Source: Patescibacteria group bacterium (GTDB lineage Bacteria > Patescibacteriota > Microgenomatia > UBA1400 > MFAQ01). From it: a stretch of DNA of 64,000 nt. The DNA lies in contig CALRDV010000002.1 of NCBI GenBank assembly GCA_943355005.1, positions 64,397-128,396 of the forward strand, in the 5' to 3' direction. Shown here in pieces: positions 29,519 through 39,384 of this stretch. Every line of letters begins with the position of its first letter. Position 1 is the first letter of the stretch. The notes under the pieces are model-generated. The model was given only the letters and a program-made list of their open reading frames with translations. It was not told where the DNA came from and did not search any database. The translations under genes were made by a program, and so were the position numbers.

Positions 29519-29575
29519 GTCATTCCGGGCTTGAATCGGCCGCTGATACCCGAAGGGGTAAATCCATCTGGAATC
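29519..29575 (+). repeat. GTCATT...AATC palindromic element with an internal insertion
   Basis: GTCATTCCGGGCTTGA-[about 32 nt]-TCTGGAATC; the uninterrupted form is at 41858-41883 and 55476-55500. Confidence 0.7.
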
Positions 29576-29577
29576 TA

Positions 29578-29877
29578 TTAAAGTTTATACTCAATATAAT
29601 TTTTCATCTCAGTCTTTGGTTCATCGGTTTCCAGTATCTCGTCCCCAGAACTGTTCCCGCCAAAGCTCGGTAATCCTAGTTTGAAATCTTTCATTTTTGG
29701 CCAAACCCAAAAAAACAAAGTAATTCCCAAAATTATCAATAAAGTCCAAAAAACCACTTTTCTATCGGCCTCACGTTCTTCTTTTGATTTCTTTTTCTTT
29801 ACTTTCTTCTTAGGCAGATCACCAACATTTTCATCATCCTCAGTTGGTACATCAATGGTTCTTTCGGTATCTTTCAT
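29578..29877 (-). CDS. small single-TM hypothetical protein
   Basis: Charged N-terminus and one TM segment; follows the dehydrogenase. Confidence 0.65.
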   Translation of the reverse strand: MKDTERTIDVPTEDDENVGDLPKKKVKKKKSKEEREADRKVVFWTLLIILGITLFFWVWPKMKDFKLGLPSFGGNSSGDEILETDEPKTEMKNYIEYKL

Positions 29878-29878
29878 A

Positions 29879-30865
29879 TCAATCTATTTTTTGTTTCCAA
29901 ACGTCCAAATTAACCAAGCAGGATGGTTGGCGTTCTTCAATAGCGTCGGCAAGATTATCCACCACAATCCTTGCCATTGCAGTTCTGGCCTCAATAGTTG
30001 CTGAAGCTGTATGCGGGGTTAATACTGTATTTGGCAGAGCAATAAGTTCATCCGGCACGTGAGTTTCGTCCTCAAAGACATCAAGCCCGGCGCCTGCAAT
30101 CCATTTTTCTTTTAATGCTTTTATCAAAACTTCCTGATCAACAATAGGCCCCCTGGATGTATTTATTAGGAGAGAGGTTGGCTTCATTAGTTTGAGTTCC
30201 CTCTCACCAATCATATGTCTAGTTTCCGGTGTCAATGGTACGGACAAACTCACCACATCTGCCATTTCCAACAAGTGGTCAAAAGTATGGTAAGTCACAC
30301 TATATTCTTCCTCAAACTCCTCATCCCTGTGACGGTTAAAATAAATAACTTTCATTTCCAATGCTCTTGCCATTCTCGCCGTCCACCTACCAATTCTTCC
30401 CAATCCCACAATTCCAACTATTTTACCCTTTACACTGGTCCCCAATAACAAGTCCGGTTCCCATCGTTTGTATTTACCAGATCGAATTAGCCTATCCCCT
30501 TCAGCAATTCTGCGGTATAAGGCCAAAATAAACCCAATTACCTCTTCAGCCACCGACTCTGTTAACACTCCCGGAGTATTAGTCACGCATATTCCTCTTT
30601 TTGTCGCCGCGGAAACATCAATATTGTCAAAACCCACTGCATAATTACTGATTACTTTTAATTGTGAGCCAGCCGCATCCATTACCTCCCCATCCATTTT
30701 TTCAGTCAACAAAGAGATTATTCCTGTCGCTCCGACGACTCCATCCAAGAGCTGTTGTCTACCAATTTCTCGCTTAGGCCAAACAGTAATATCGTATTTA
30801 TCGCGCAGTCTTTCTACAAACTTGCCCAAAAAAACATGTGTAACAAAAATCTTTGGCTTCTCCAT
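29879..30865 (-). CDS. D-2-hydroxyacid dehydrogenase (glyoxylate/hydroxypyruvate reductase-like)
   Basis: AVGFDNID, GLGRIG, INTSRG, GLDVFEDE, TPHTAS. Confidence 0.92.
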   Translation of the reverse strand: MEKPKIFVTHVFLGKFVERLRDKYDITVWPKREIGRQQLLDGVVGATGIISLLTEKMDGEVMDAAGSQLKVISNYAVGFDNIDVSAATKRGICVTNTPGVLTESVAEEVIGFILALYRRIAEGDRLIRSGKYKRWEPDLLLGTSVKGKIVGIVGLGRIGRWTARMARALEMKVIYFNRHRDEEFEEEYSVTYHTFDHLLEMADVVSLSVPLTPETRHMIGERELKLMKPTSLLINTSRGPIVDQEVLIKALKEKWIAGAGLDVFEDETHVPDELIALPNTVLTPHTASATIEARTAMARIVVDNLADAIEERQPSCLVNLDVWKQKID

Positions 30866-30880
30866 ACCTTTATTTAACCA

Positions 30881-31864
30881 CTAAATCTGTTCCTCCACCA
30901 CCTTGAGCTTCTTCACCATCCATTTTTCCATCTCATTTTTATAAAGCAAGCCATCTTTCGCTCCTAATTTCATCACCTGACTTCCTCCACTAGCCAAACC
31001 CATTTTCAAAAACTCCTCAGGCTTTTTATTTTGAAGTATTCCTGCCACTATTCCACACACAAATGCGTCTCCTGCCCCCGTATCATCTACTGAATTTACA
31101 GGAAAAGCATCCATCTTTAGCCATGTTCGATTCGAGATAACACTAGCCCCTCTTTTTCCATCAGTCACTGCAATTACTCTAGCTCCCAAGTCAGAAATCT
31201 GTTTCATCAATTCATTTTCATCCTCAAATTCACCCCCGGTCAGCATACTTGCCTCCATTCGATTAACATTAAAGAAATCCAATTTAGGGATAATTTTTTT
31301 CAATCTTTCTTTCTGATCTAACTCTTTTTTACCGGGATTAAAACCGATTTTTACTCCATTGTTATAAGCAAACATTATTAAATCTTCTAAAAATTGCATC
31401 TCACCACCTAGTGATGACACTTGTATCCAATCCGCTTTCTTAATTTCCTCCCAATTAATTTCATTTGGGTCTATCAGAGCACTCTCTCCGCGATATGTGA
31501 CGATAGATCTGCCCCCATCGGACGAGACCAATACTACCGAAAGTCCGGTTTTTCCCTTCCCTTTTTGAAGCATAGACAGGTCTAGATCTTCTCTCTTCAA
31601 TTGTTTTATCAGCACTTCACCTAAATCATCATTGCCGATTCTGGATATCACTTTTATTGCTTCTCCTAACCTATGAAGACCTACAGCTACATTAGTTCCT
31701 CCGCCTCCACTAGCTATCAGATTGTCTTCAGCCTCCAGTTTTCCACCTACTACTTCACACATCGCCAAACCACCGGGCACTTCATGGCCCTTTACGGTTT
31801 TTAATGCTTTCGACTTCAGCAATATATCTACAACAGCCGCACCAACAACAACAACTTTCTGCAT
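30881..31864 (-). CDS. PfkB-family carbohydrate kinase
   Basis: GGGGTNVA, NRME, DDTGAGDAF. Confidence 0.92.
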   Translation of the reverse strand: MQKVVVVGAAVVDILLKSKALKTVKGHEVPGGLAMCEVVGGKLEAEDNLIASGGGGTNVAVGLHRLGEAIKVISRIGNDDLGEVLIKQLKREDLDLSMLQKGKGKTGLSVVLVSSDGGRSIVTYRGESALIDPNEINWEEIKKADWIQVSSLGGEMQFLEDLIMFAYNNGVKIGFNPGKKELDQKERLKKIIPKLDFFNVNRMEASMLTGGEFEDENELMKQISDLGARVIAVTDGKRGASVISNRTWLKMDAFPVNSVDDTGAGDAFVCGIVAGILQNKKPEEFLKMGLASGGSQVMKLGAKDGLLYKNEMEKWMVKKLKVVEEQI

Positions 31865-31925
31865 AAATCCATTCTATCGCATCCAAAGCTACGCTATTTC
31901 AATTTATGGTTGATAATAATAATTA

Positions 31926-33125
31926 GTGCAAAAATATTTAGGCTCAAACATATGGAAGTTTTATCTAATTGCCGGCCTAGGCATTCGGTTTATTGCCCCT
32001 ATTAGAATTCTTTATCTCCTATCCTTCGGGTTAACTTTTTCTCAAATTGGTATGATGGAGCTGGCCGCTGCCCTCGTAATAGTAGTTCTTGAAGTTCCAA
32101 CTGGCGTCTTTGCCGACCTAGTTGGTCGCAAAGCTTCCAGAATGGTGGCTTACATTCTCTCAATTGTTGCATTTTCTTGTTTGAGTTTTGGCTCCACTGC
32201 TACAATTTTTATTTTCGGATGGGCACTCTCAGGAGCAGCTGATGCATTTCAGTCCGGCGCTCAAGACGCATTAATATTCGACACTTTAAAGTCTTTAGGT
32301 AGAGAAAAAGAATATTTGCCTCTCAAAAGCCGATTTCTACTTATTAATACAGTTACGGTTATTTTGGGATCTATCCTCGGAGCTTGGCTTTATAAAATTG
32401 ACCATCGACTTCCTTGGTACCTTATTACGGTTTTTATTACTTTGTCTGCCTTGGTTTTTTCCACAATCATCGAACCGGAGACAAATAGAAAATTTTCCAG
32501 ATTTACCGATCGGCTTAAAGAGTTTAAATTATCCCTCAAACTTTCAATGTCCAGTCTGGATGTTAGAAGATTAATCGTTTTAGGGTTAATTTTAACAATT
32601 CCTATGTATGTATTTGTTACTCTTTTGAACCAGCCCTATCTCATTAGCCTAGGCTTTAACGTTCAATCATTAGGATTAGTCTTCGCTCTTATTACAGGTA
32701 TCAGTGGTTTTACCGCCTCATTCTCTCACCAAGTTGAACCAAAGATAAGAAAAAGACTTTCATTTTTAATTATTTTTATATCTTTTACTTTACTTCTAAT
32801 TTTCATGGGGTTGGTTCATAGCCCCGTTGCTTTATTGTTTGTAATCTTGTTCTATGTTGTCGAGAATTACAAGAATATAATCATCGATAATTATATTAAT
32901 CAGTCGATCGATTCGGAGAGTCGTGCCACAGTTTTATCGGTACAATCACTTGCCAACAATATAATAATTTCCATCGTTTTTGTTTTTGTAGGGTATTTTA
33001 TCGACATCTTAAGCATAAATATCGTTTTAATACTAATGGGTGTTTTGACAGGATTAGCTTGTATTCCATTTATATCAATTTCAAATCGGATCAAGACTGT
33101 CAAACTTGATAAGATATCTATATGA
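31926..33125 (+). CDS. MFS transporter
   Basis: About 12 TM, EVPTGVFADLVGRK, SGAQDALIFD, RATVLS. Confidence 0.9.
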   Translation: MQKYLGSNIWKFYLIAGLGIRFIAPIRILYLLSFGLTFSQIGMMELAAALVIVVLEVPTGVFADLVGRKASRMVAYILSIVAFSCLSFGSTATIFIFGWALSGAADAFQSGAQDALIFDTLKSLGREKEYLPLKSRFLLINTVTVILGSILGAWLYKIDHRLPWYLITVFITLSALVFSTIIEPETNRKFSRFTDRLKEFKLSLKLSMSSLDVRRLIVLGLILTIPMYVFVTLLNQPYLISLGFNVQSLGLVFALITGISGFTASFSHQVEPKIRKRLSFLIIFISFTLLLIFMGLVHSPVALLFVILFYVVENYKNIIIDNYINQSIDSESRATVLSVQSLANNIIISIVFVFVGYFIDILSINIVLILMGVLTGLACIPFISISNRIKTVKLDKISI

Positions 33126-33568
33126 AACCTTGGCATTTACTGCGGCCCAAAACAGGCAAAGAGATTCCTTTTTTAATTCTCATTAGTTTTTTGGCCACTT
33201 TCGCTCTATCACGCTTAATTACATCACTACCATTTCCCAATCTATATCTCAAAGTTAGAGGTACACATATTCATCACTTAGCTTACGGCATATTTATCCT
33301 CGGAGTTTCAGGTTTTTTAAGTCTAGTTCAAGAAAGGTCTCCAAAAACTAGATTACAGCTCTCAATTCTCTTTGGAATTGGTCTAGGGCTTGCCTTTGAT
33401 GAATTTGCCATGTGGATACAGCTTGAAGACGTCTACAAGGACAGATCAACCTACGATGCCATAGTTGTAATCTCCCTCATTCTCCTAAACATAGTTTACT
33501 TTGGTGATTTCTGGAAAAAATGGGGACACCACTTAGGAAAACTTGTCAAACGCATCTTTACGATATAG
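33122..33568 (+). CDS. integral membrane protein
   Basis: 4 TM, HIHHLAYG, GLAFDEFAMW. Confidence 0.75.
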   Translation: MKPWHLLRPKTGKEIPFLILISFLATFALSRLITSLPFPNLYLKVRGTHIHHLAYGIFILGVSGFLSLVQERSPKTRLQLSILFGIGLGLAFDEFAMWIQLEDVYKDRSTYDAIVVISLILLNIVYFGDFWKKWGHHLGKLVKRIFTI

Positions 33569-34022
33569 TTTCGATTGGATACTTAAATTCTTCTTTTTTC
33601 ATCTTAATGGCAAAAAGTGGTTCAATCGGCTGATAAGAAAGTATCTCTCCACCAATTTCTTCAAGCCCAGAAGTCCTTAAATCCACCACATAGATATATC
33701 CTATTTCTGAAATTTCAGAAGGTTTTTCCACTCCAAAACTGGGTTTCTTGTCGTAACTCACCTTTCCATCCTCAATCTTCATAAAGCAGGCACTTACCCT
33801 CTTCCCCACCTCTATTCCACCACATAAAGCCCTAAACTCGGCCACCAAAGGATTCTTCGACAGATACACAGCCTTTCTATTTCCAGTCTCTTTTGAATCA
33901 TCATTTGCAAGCGACGGTTTTAACTGACCGTCGATTAGTACAGAGCTCCCATGAAAACAGTACCCCCTCACGACCAAATCTTCCAAGGACTCTGTTATGT
34001 TCTCTTCTCCGACGATTAACAT
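33558..34022 (-). CDS. hypothetical protein, possible ADP-ribosyltransferase-like fold
   Basis: FHGS...AVYLS...GYIY motif order; fold call is by eye only. Confidence 0.5.
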   Translation of the reverse strand: MLIVGEENITESLEDLVVRGYCFHGSSVLIDGQLKPSLANDDSKETGNRKAVYLSKNPLVAEFRALCGGIEVGKRVSACFMKIEDGKVSYDKKPSFGVEKPSEISEIGYIYVVDLRTSGLEEIGGEILSYQPIEPLFAIKMKKEEFKYPIETIS

Positions 34023-34036
34023 TTTTTACAGTTGAA

Positions 34037-34783
34037 TTATTTAAATACAATCTCTGAAAGCTTTTTGGAAATTTCATTTGGATTCGGGTCTTGCCAAACA
34101 TTTCTACCTATCGCAATACCCCTGGCTCCTGCCTTCATCGCCCCTTCAATTTCCAAATCCAAGTTTTCCCAGTCCACTTTTTTTCCACCTTGAGCCAGCA
34201 CTCCTGTTTTACCTGCAGCTCTCACTGTCCAACTAAAACTCTCGGGATCTCCGGTGTAAGGCACCTTTACAAAATCTGCATTCAATTCCATACCGATTCT
34301 TGCCCCATAAGCCACTACATCCCTGTCAGACTCCCTTCCAAACACCTTTTTGCCCCTAGGATACATCCAAGCAATCACAATCATTCCTCTGGCATGGGCC
34401 TCATCCTCAATTTTAGAAAATTCTACCAGCATTTGCTCTTCATGCTCACTTCCTACATATATGGTATATCCAACTCCGATCGCGCCAAGCGCAGCCGCTT
34501 TTTCCACCGTACAAAGCTGAAGTGATAATGGCTCCTCACTATAGAAAGAAGTCTTACCATTTAGTTTTACAATCAGAGGAACACCACTTTCTTTATCATA
34601 ATATTTTGCTGCTACACCTTCCTGAAAAACCACTCCTGTAAAGTAACCATTTTTTGCAATCTCCATGATGTAGGCAGGATCTACACTTTTTTCATCGAAG
34701 TCCACCGGACCATGTTCAAATCCCTGATCATATGCAATCAGCATTACTTTCCCATTTTTTTCAATCCTAGTTGTATCAATCAT
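34037..34783 (-). CDS. class I (archaeal/DhnA-type) fructose-bisphosphate aldolase
   Basis: AYDQGFEHGP, VKLNGKT, WMYPRG, ADFVKVPY, GRNVWQ. Confidence 0.92.
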   Translation of the reverse strand: MIDTTRIEKNGKVMLIAYDQGFEHGPVDFDEKSVDPAYIMEIAKNGYFTGVVFQEGVAAKYYDKESGVPLIVKLNGKTSFYSEEPLSLQLCTVEKAAALGAIGVGYTIYVGSEHEEQMLVEFSKIEDEAHARGMIVIAWMYPRGKKVFGRESDRDVVAYGARIGMELNADFVKVPYTGDPESFSWTVRAAGKTGVLAQGGKKVDWENLDLEIEGAMKAGARGIAIGRNVWQDPNPNEISKKLSEIVFK

Positions 34784-34801
34784 ATTTATATAATAACTTT
34801 T

Positions 34802-35428
34802 TTATTCCATGAATGCTTTCTCCCCACTTAAATCATCTTTAATGCCCTCCTGATGTGGTGGCATCTCTGTATCAAACTCTTTCAGATACTCCATTACTTG
34901 TTCCGGTGTTGTCGCAATCTTATAGACTCTCAAAGCACCAGGTCTATCTCCGATACGCATATTGGCTACAAGAGTCTCCACTATTGGATACCAAAAATCA
35001 CCGTAAAGAATGAGTGGTTTATGGTGACCAAAATAAAGATACGCCAATCCCCAAGCCATACCAAGTTCCGAAAGAGTTCCTGTTCCACCATTAAAAACAA
35101 CGTAAGCGTCTCCAAGTTCCAGAAGCTTCATTGTTCTGTCGACGTAATTGTTCATGATTATCTCTTTGTCGGCTTTATTTAGAGGATCCTTTCCTTCAAA
35201 ATTCTCAATAAATTTCGGGTAAAACGTTGCCACTGAAGCGACACCACCACCTTCATGAGCACCTTCTGTAGCCGCTCTCATTACTCCGGGGCCACCTCCA
35301 TTAACCACTTCCAGACCGTTCTGAGCTATCAATCTGGTGACATCCACTGTCTCCCGATAAAGCGGGTCACTAGGAGGACAGTCTGCGAATCCAAACACTG
35401 TAATTGCTTTCAAGTTCTTAAATGTCAT
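34802..35428 (-). CDS. LOG family nucleotide phosphoribohydrolase-like protein
   Basis: GGGPGVM, R, GGTGTLSE. Confidence 0.82.
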   Translation of the reverse strand: MTFKNLKAITVFGFADCPPSDPLYRETVDVTRLIAQNGLEVVNGGGPGVMRAATEGAHEGGGVASVATFYPKFIENFEGKDPLNKADKEIIMNNYVDRTMKLLELGDAYVVFNGGTGTLSELGMAWGLAYLYFGHHKPLILYGDFWYPIVETLVANMRIGDRPGALRVYKIATTPEQVMEYLKEFDTEMPPHQEGIKDDLSGEKAFME

Positions 35429-35451
35429 ACTCCTACTATACTGTAAAAATC

Positions 35452-36135
35452 TTATATTGCACCGAGATTCTCAAGCCGCCTCAGTTCAAGTTCCACATCT
35501 TCAGCATTGAACAAATCTGATCCAACAACAAACTCCATTCCCAAAAAGCTTTTGTTAAATTCATCATTAGCAATCTCTTGTGCCCACTCGGCTACTAAAC
35601 ATTTTTTAATATTTTCCACATTAAGCCCTCCATCTACTACAATCTTTACAAATTCACTCATCTCTCTCACTTTTTTAATTTTATCCAGCACTCGGTCGTC
35701 AAATTCCTGGACTCCCTGGCTTCCGGCCTTTACACTCATGAGCAGAACTCCATCAAGATTATTTATTACATCTTCTAAGCCATCCAGTGGGGTATCTATA
35801 TCGAAAGCCAACCCCGCTTTCATCCCTGCCGCCTCAGTGTCGGCAATAAATTTAGTCCTATCCTGCATTTTCTCCACATGGCCATATAGCACCGTCATTC
35901 CCGCTGCCGCACACCTATCCACCCATTCTTCCGGTTTATCTACCATAAGCTGACCCTCAAAATCCACAATAGTATCAATATTCAGTAAAATTTCCGGCAT
36001 GACAGTTTCCGTTGGTGCAAATTTACCATCTATTACATCCATCTGCACTCTTTTACTTATTCCCCATACTTTTTTTAACTTCTCCTCAAAAGATGTAATA
36101 TCTTTTTCTAATATTGCCGGAACTATTGTGACCAT
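35452..36135 (-). CDS. rpe: ribulose-phosphate 3-epimerase-like protein
   Basis: IVPAIL, DVIDGKF, LMV, LLMSVKAG, VDGG, VVGS. His ligands replaced by Gln. Confidence 0.8.
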   Translation of the reverse strand: MVTIVPAILEKDITSFEEKLKKVWGISKRVQMDVIDGKFAPTETVMPEILLNIDTIVDFEGQLMVDKPEEWVDRCAAAGMTVLYGHVEKMQDRTKFIADTEAAGMKAGLAFDIDTPLDGLEDVINNLDGVLLMSVKAGSQGVQEFDDRVLDKIKKVREMSEFVKIVVDGGLNVENIKKCLVAEWAQEIANDEFNKSFLGMEFVVGSDLFNAEDVELELRRLENLGAI

Positions 36136-36573
36136 TTAAATTAAATTATCTAATTTCATAATACGTCTTTTATATTTATCTTCCCTAGAAGCCTCTTCTG
36201 TCAAAAATATTTTTATCATTCTCATTACCGTCACTTCATCCACATAATCGGAGGGAATCGACAAGGCGTTAATATCATCATCAGTTCTTCCTTTTAACAC
36301 GGCATCCTCACCAAACCCCAAGCCACATCTCACGCCCACGTATCTATTGGCCGCGATTACCATGCCATATCCATTCCTACAAAACAATAGTACCCTATCT
36401 CCGGAGGAAGTTACAGCCTTCACCGCTCTTTTTGCATATTCCACAAAATCGTCTTCAGCCACCAGATTCTCGGCTCCCACATCTTCCACGGTATAGCCCT
36501 CATCTACCAGCCACCTTTTAATTGACTCTTTCATTTCAAACCCTCCATGGTCCGCCCCCAATATTACTTTCAT
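36136..36573 (-). CDS. rpiB: RpiB/LacA/LacB sugar-phosphate isomerase
   Basis: LGADHGG, FCRNGYG, AANR..GVRC, KYKRRI. Confidence 0.85.
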   Translation of the reverse strand: MKVILGADHGGFEMKESIKRWLVDEGYTVEDVGAENLVAEDDFVEYAKRAVKAVTSSGDRVLLFCRNGYGMVIAANRYVGVRCGLGFGEDAVLKGRTDDDINALSIPSDYVDEVTVMRMIKIFLTEEASREDKYKRRIMKLDNLI

Positions 36574-36597
36574 TACTTAATACTATATCAAATTGAT

Positions 36598-37233
36598 CTA
36601 ATCTTTTGCTTTTACCGTTTCAATTTCTACTCCATCATCATCTCTTAATTTTCTAATACCGTAAATCATAGGTTTCTCTTGGGTTTCACGCCAATTCCAA
36701 CCCTTATTTGCCTCAAAAGTTACCTTTAATGATTCTACTTGATATTTTTTTCTTGGAGCATTTTTTTCCCATACAACAATGTCACCTTTATCATCTTTTC
36801 CTAAAACCAAAAAAGAGTGTGCCACATACCCCTTAGAATTACCATACGGAGGGGATTTGAGGTGGACAACACACGGATACCCAAATCTGTTTAATCTATC
36901 AATCAATTCGTCTACAGAACCAGCTTCATTGTATTCTGCATCAAAGAAATCTTTATCTTTCAATCTTATATCTCCCAAGTTAACACCTTCACTTTCAAGC
37001 GACGCAACTGCCAAATGACAATAAACATTACGAATTTGTGAACCAGACAATAAATAATTTTCGTCAGATTCTCTATCAGCCCTCTGGTTAACAAAAAATG
37101 ACATCTCTATCTTTTTTCGTTGTTCACCTGAAAGCTTTACCCACCCTTCTGTTTCACGAAGTGTATCTAATTTTTTGTTTCTCTCTATTTTTTCCCTGTC
37201 AAGTAATTCTCCGCGAGTTTCCATGTCAATCAA
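36598..37233 (-). CDS. hypothetical protein
   Basis: 211-aa ORF overlapping the upstream gene; contains YCH...HSF...WEK. Confidence 0.65.
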   Translation of the reverse strand: MIDMETRGELLDREKIERNKKLDTLRETEGWVKLSGEQRKKIEMSFFVNQRADRESDENYLLSGSQIRNVYCHLAVASLESEGVNLGDIRLKDKDFFDAEYNEAGSVDELIDRLNRFGYPCVVHLKSPPYGNSKGYVAHSFLVLGKDDKGDIVVWEKNAPRKKYQVESLKVTFEANKGWNWRETQEKPMIYGIRKLRDDDGVEIETVKAKD

Positions 37234-37531
37234 GTCCCAGCTCAGCTCTTAATTCCTCAGACATCGCCTCAGTGCTCCAAGGCGGATCCCACACTAAATC
37301 TACAATTACTTTTTTCACTTCGGGAACTTCCTTCATGGCATCTCTCACTTTTTTATCAATTACCGGAGCCAGCGGGCATCCGGGGCTCGTGAGTGTCATT
37401 TCTATCTCTGCCTCACCGGCTTCATATCGGACATCGTAAATCAGGCCCAAGTCAACTATGCTCACTCCCAGCTCTGGGTCAATTACCTTTTTCAAGGCTT
37501 CGCGTATTTTATCTTCAATCATTTCCATCAC
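37226..37531 (-). CDS. DUF59/SufT-like metal-sulfur cluster assembly factor
   Basis: VIDPELGVSIVDLGLIY, MTLTSPGCP, VWDPPW. Confidence 0.93.
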   Translation of the reverse strand: MMEMIEDKIREALKKVIDPELGVSIVDLGLIYDVRYEAGEAEIEMTLTSPGCPLAPVIDKKVRDAMKEVPEVKKVIVDLVWDPPWSTEAMSEELRAELGLD

Positions 37532-37719
37532 CTTATTTTAAACTGTGCCTCAATCAAAACAAAGACCCCCCACACGGCCAGAGTTAATGCTATAAGCATC
37601 CACTGGGTACTTGCCAGCCAAAGATCGGTTCCAAACGCCCCGATAAAAGCTAGTATCACACACACGATTGAAGCATAGATCAATATTTTTCCCACCGCCA
37701 ATTTATCTTTATTCCTCAT
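37528..37719 (-). CDS. small two-TM membrane protein
   Basis: 63 aa, GGAGG upstream, 4-nt overlap with the DUF59 gene. Confidence 0.65.
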   Translation of the reverse strand: MRNKDKLAVGKILIYASIVCVILAFIGAFGTDLWLASTQWMLIALTLAVWGVFVLIEAQFKIR

Positions 37720-37788
37720 TCATTACACCTCCTCTCAAATTCATATTAAAAATACTCCTTATTCATTAAGTATATCTCAATCCAATTG

Positions 37789-39384
37789 TTAATCTTTTTT
37801 CCTTAACAAATCTATGTATCTATCCAAAGTCGCTTTGGTCATATTTTTAAAACTATCACCAATCCAAACCGACCCACCACTCGCCTTAATAAAGTCAAAA
37901 AGTTGGCTGCTTTGATTTTCAGTCAAACCCGTACCTTTTCTGCCTACATAACAATCGGCATCATTAACCCAAACCTTCCCATTTAGAAATATTCTAGAAC
38001 TACTATTCCTCAGGCTTTCTTTAAACATAAAATTATTAACCAACTTTCCTATCACCGGTAGACCTGACACATAAGGATTAATTGTGTCTATTCCAACCCT
38101 CGCCGAATCCACTACACCTACTAGAGGTGAAAGCTGTGTAATTGCCGACAATATATGAATATCTTCTCCAGCCGCTTTTCTAATTGTCATATATCCCGTC
38201 CTCAACGCTTGTGCTCTCGTCATCGGTACGTAATAACTACTGGAAAAACAAACAGGGTAAGTAAAATCTATCTTAAGCATCTCAAATCCCCAATCTATGA
38301 ATAGCTTAATTACCTTATTAATATATTTTTGTACTTCGGGGTGGGTCGGATCCAATACTCTCAGAGAAAGCGAAGTCATAAAATCAACAGGTGAGCTTTG
38401 CCTTCCTTCCAAATATTTTCCATTTTTATCTTTCAAGAACCACTCAGGATGTTGGGCAAATATCTTACTTTTCGAATTGGCTACATAAGGAGCCAGCCAA
38501 ATCCCGGCCTTCAATCCTGCTTTTTCAATTTCTTTAACCACGCTTTCAAAACCTGAAGGAAAACTATCATTTATCTCCAACCAATCCCCCCAAACACAGT
38601 ATCCGGCATCGATCTGAATATACTTTAGATTTGATTTTTTAGGAAATATCGATAGCGCCTTAAGCTGATTCTGAAGATAAACTTCACTCACAGTATTACC
38701 TTGATAATAATAAGCACAGCAGAGTCCTACCGGAGGAGATTTAGTTTTTTTGATTTCGGAATACTTAACTATTAAATCTGCATATTCATCCAAATTTTCT
38801 CTCAGACCTCTTCCTTTTATAAAGGCGATTTTTTCAGAAGCAACTTTTTCTCCCGGCTTAAGAATCAAGCCATCCAATTGACAAGTCACTCTAACTCTTA
38901 ACTTTTCCTTTTCTTGACGGAGATAAATTTGAGAAAATTGATCTGCCGAGGTAACCGCTCCTATTACCACATTTTCATCGGAAAATACCACTTCAGTAAA
39001 CCACTCGTTCACCATAGCATTTTTCATATAACCGTAATCATCCAAAAATGAATTTGGGTTCTGGTCTCTTTTTAGAAAAAATTTATTTTTCTTTGTTCTT
39101 AGAATCTTATTTCTATATCCTGAAAAACTGGACTGCCCCCAGCCATTTTCCAAAACACTTTCAACTTTGCCATCCATTAAGAACTCAGATACCATTATCG
39201 AATTAATCTTTACCTCTTCTTTACTCTCATTAATTACCTCAGCTTGAAAAACGAAAATCTCTGGACCCTCTTCCAACATCCTTCTAAAGACTTTAATCTT
39301 TTCTACATTATTAGAATCTATATATTTCGTGACACCATTAATGTTTGCAAATAATCCAAACCTAGAATCAGAAAAACTTCTCAT
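37789..39384 (-). CDS. alpha-galactosidase-like glycoside hydrolase (GH36)
   Basis: NGWGQSS, IQIDAGY, GIWLAP, LDPTHPEV, LKIDF, RVGID, NDADC. Confidence 0.82.
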   Translation of the reverse strand: MRSFSDSRFGLFANINGVTKYIDSNNVEKIKVFRRMLEEGPEIFVFQAEVINESKEEVKINSIMVSEFLMDGKVESVLENGWGQSSFSGYRNKILRTKKNKFFLKRDQNPNSFLDDYGYMKNAMVNEWFTEVVFSDENVVIGAVTSADQFSQIYLRQEKEKLRVRVTCQLDGLILKPGEKVASEKIAFIKGRGLRENLDEYADLIVKYSEIKKTKSPPVGLCCAYYYQGNTVSEVYLQNQLKALSIFPKKSNLKYIQIDAGYCVWGDWLEINDSFPSGFESVVKEIEKAGLKAGIWLAPYVANSKSKIFAQHPEWFLKDKNGKYLEGRQSSPVDFMTSLSLRVLDPTHPEVQKYINKVIKLFIDWGFEMLKIDFTYPVCFSSSYYVPMTRAQALRTGYMTIRKAAGEDIHILSAITQLSPLVGVVDSARVGIDTINPYVSGLPVIGKLVNNFMFKESLRNSSSRIFLNGKVWVNDADCYVGRKGTGLTENQSSQLFDFIKASGGSVWIGDSFKNMTKATLDRYIDLLRKKD

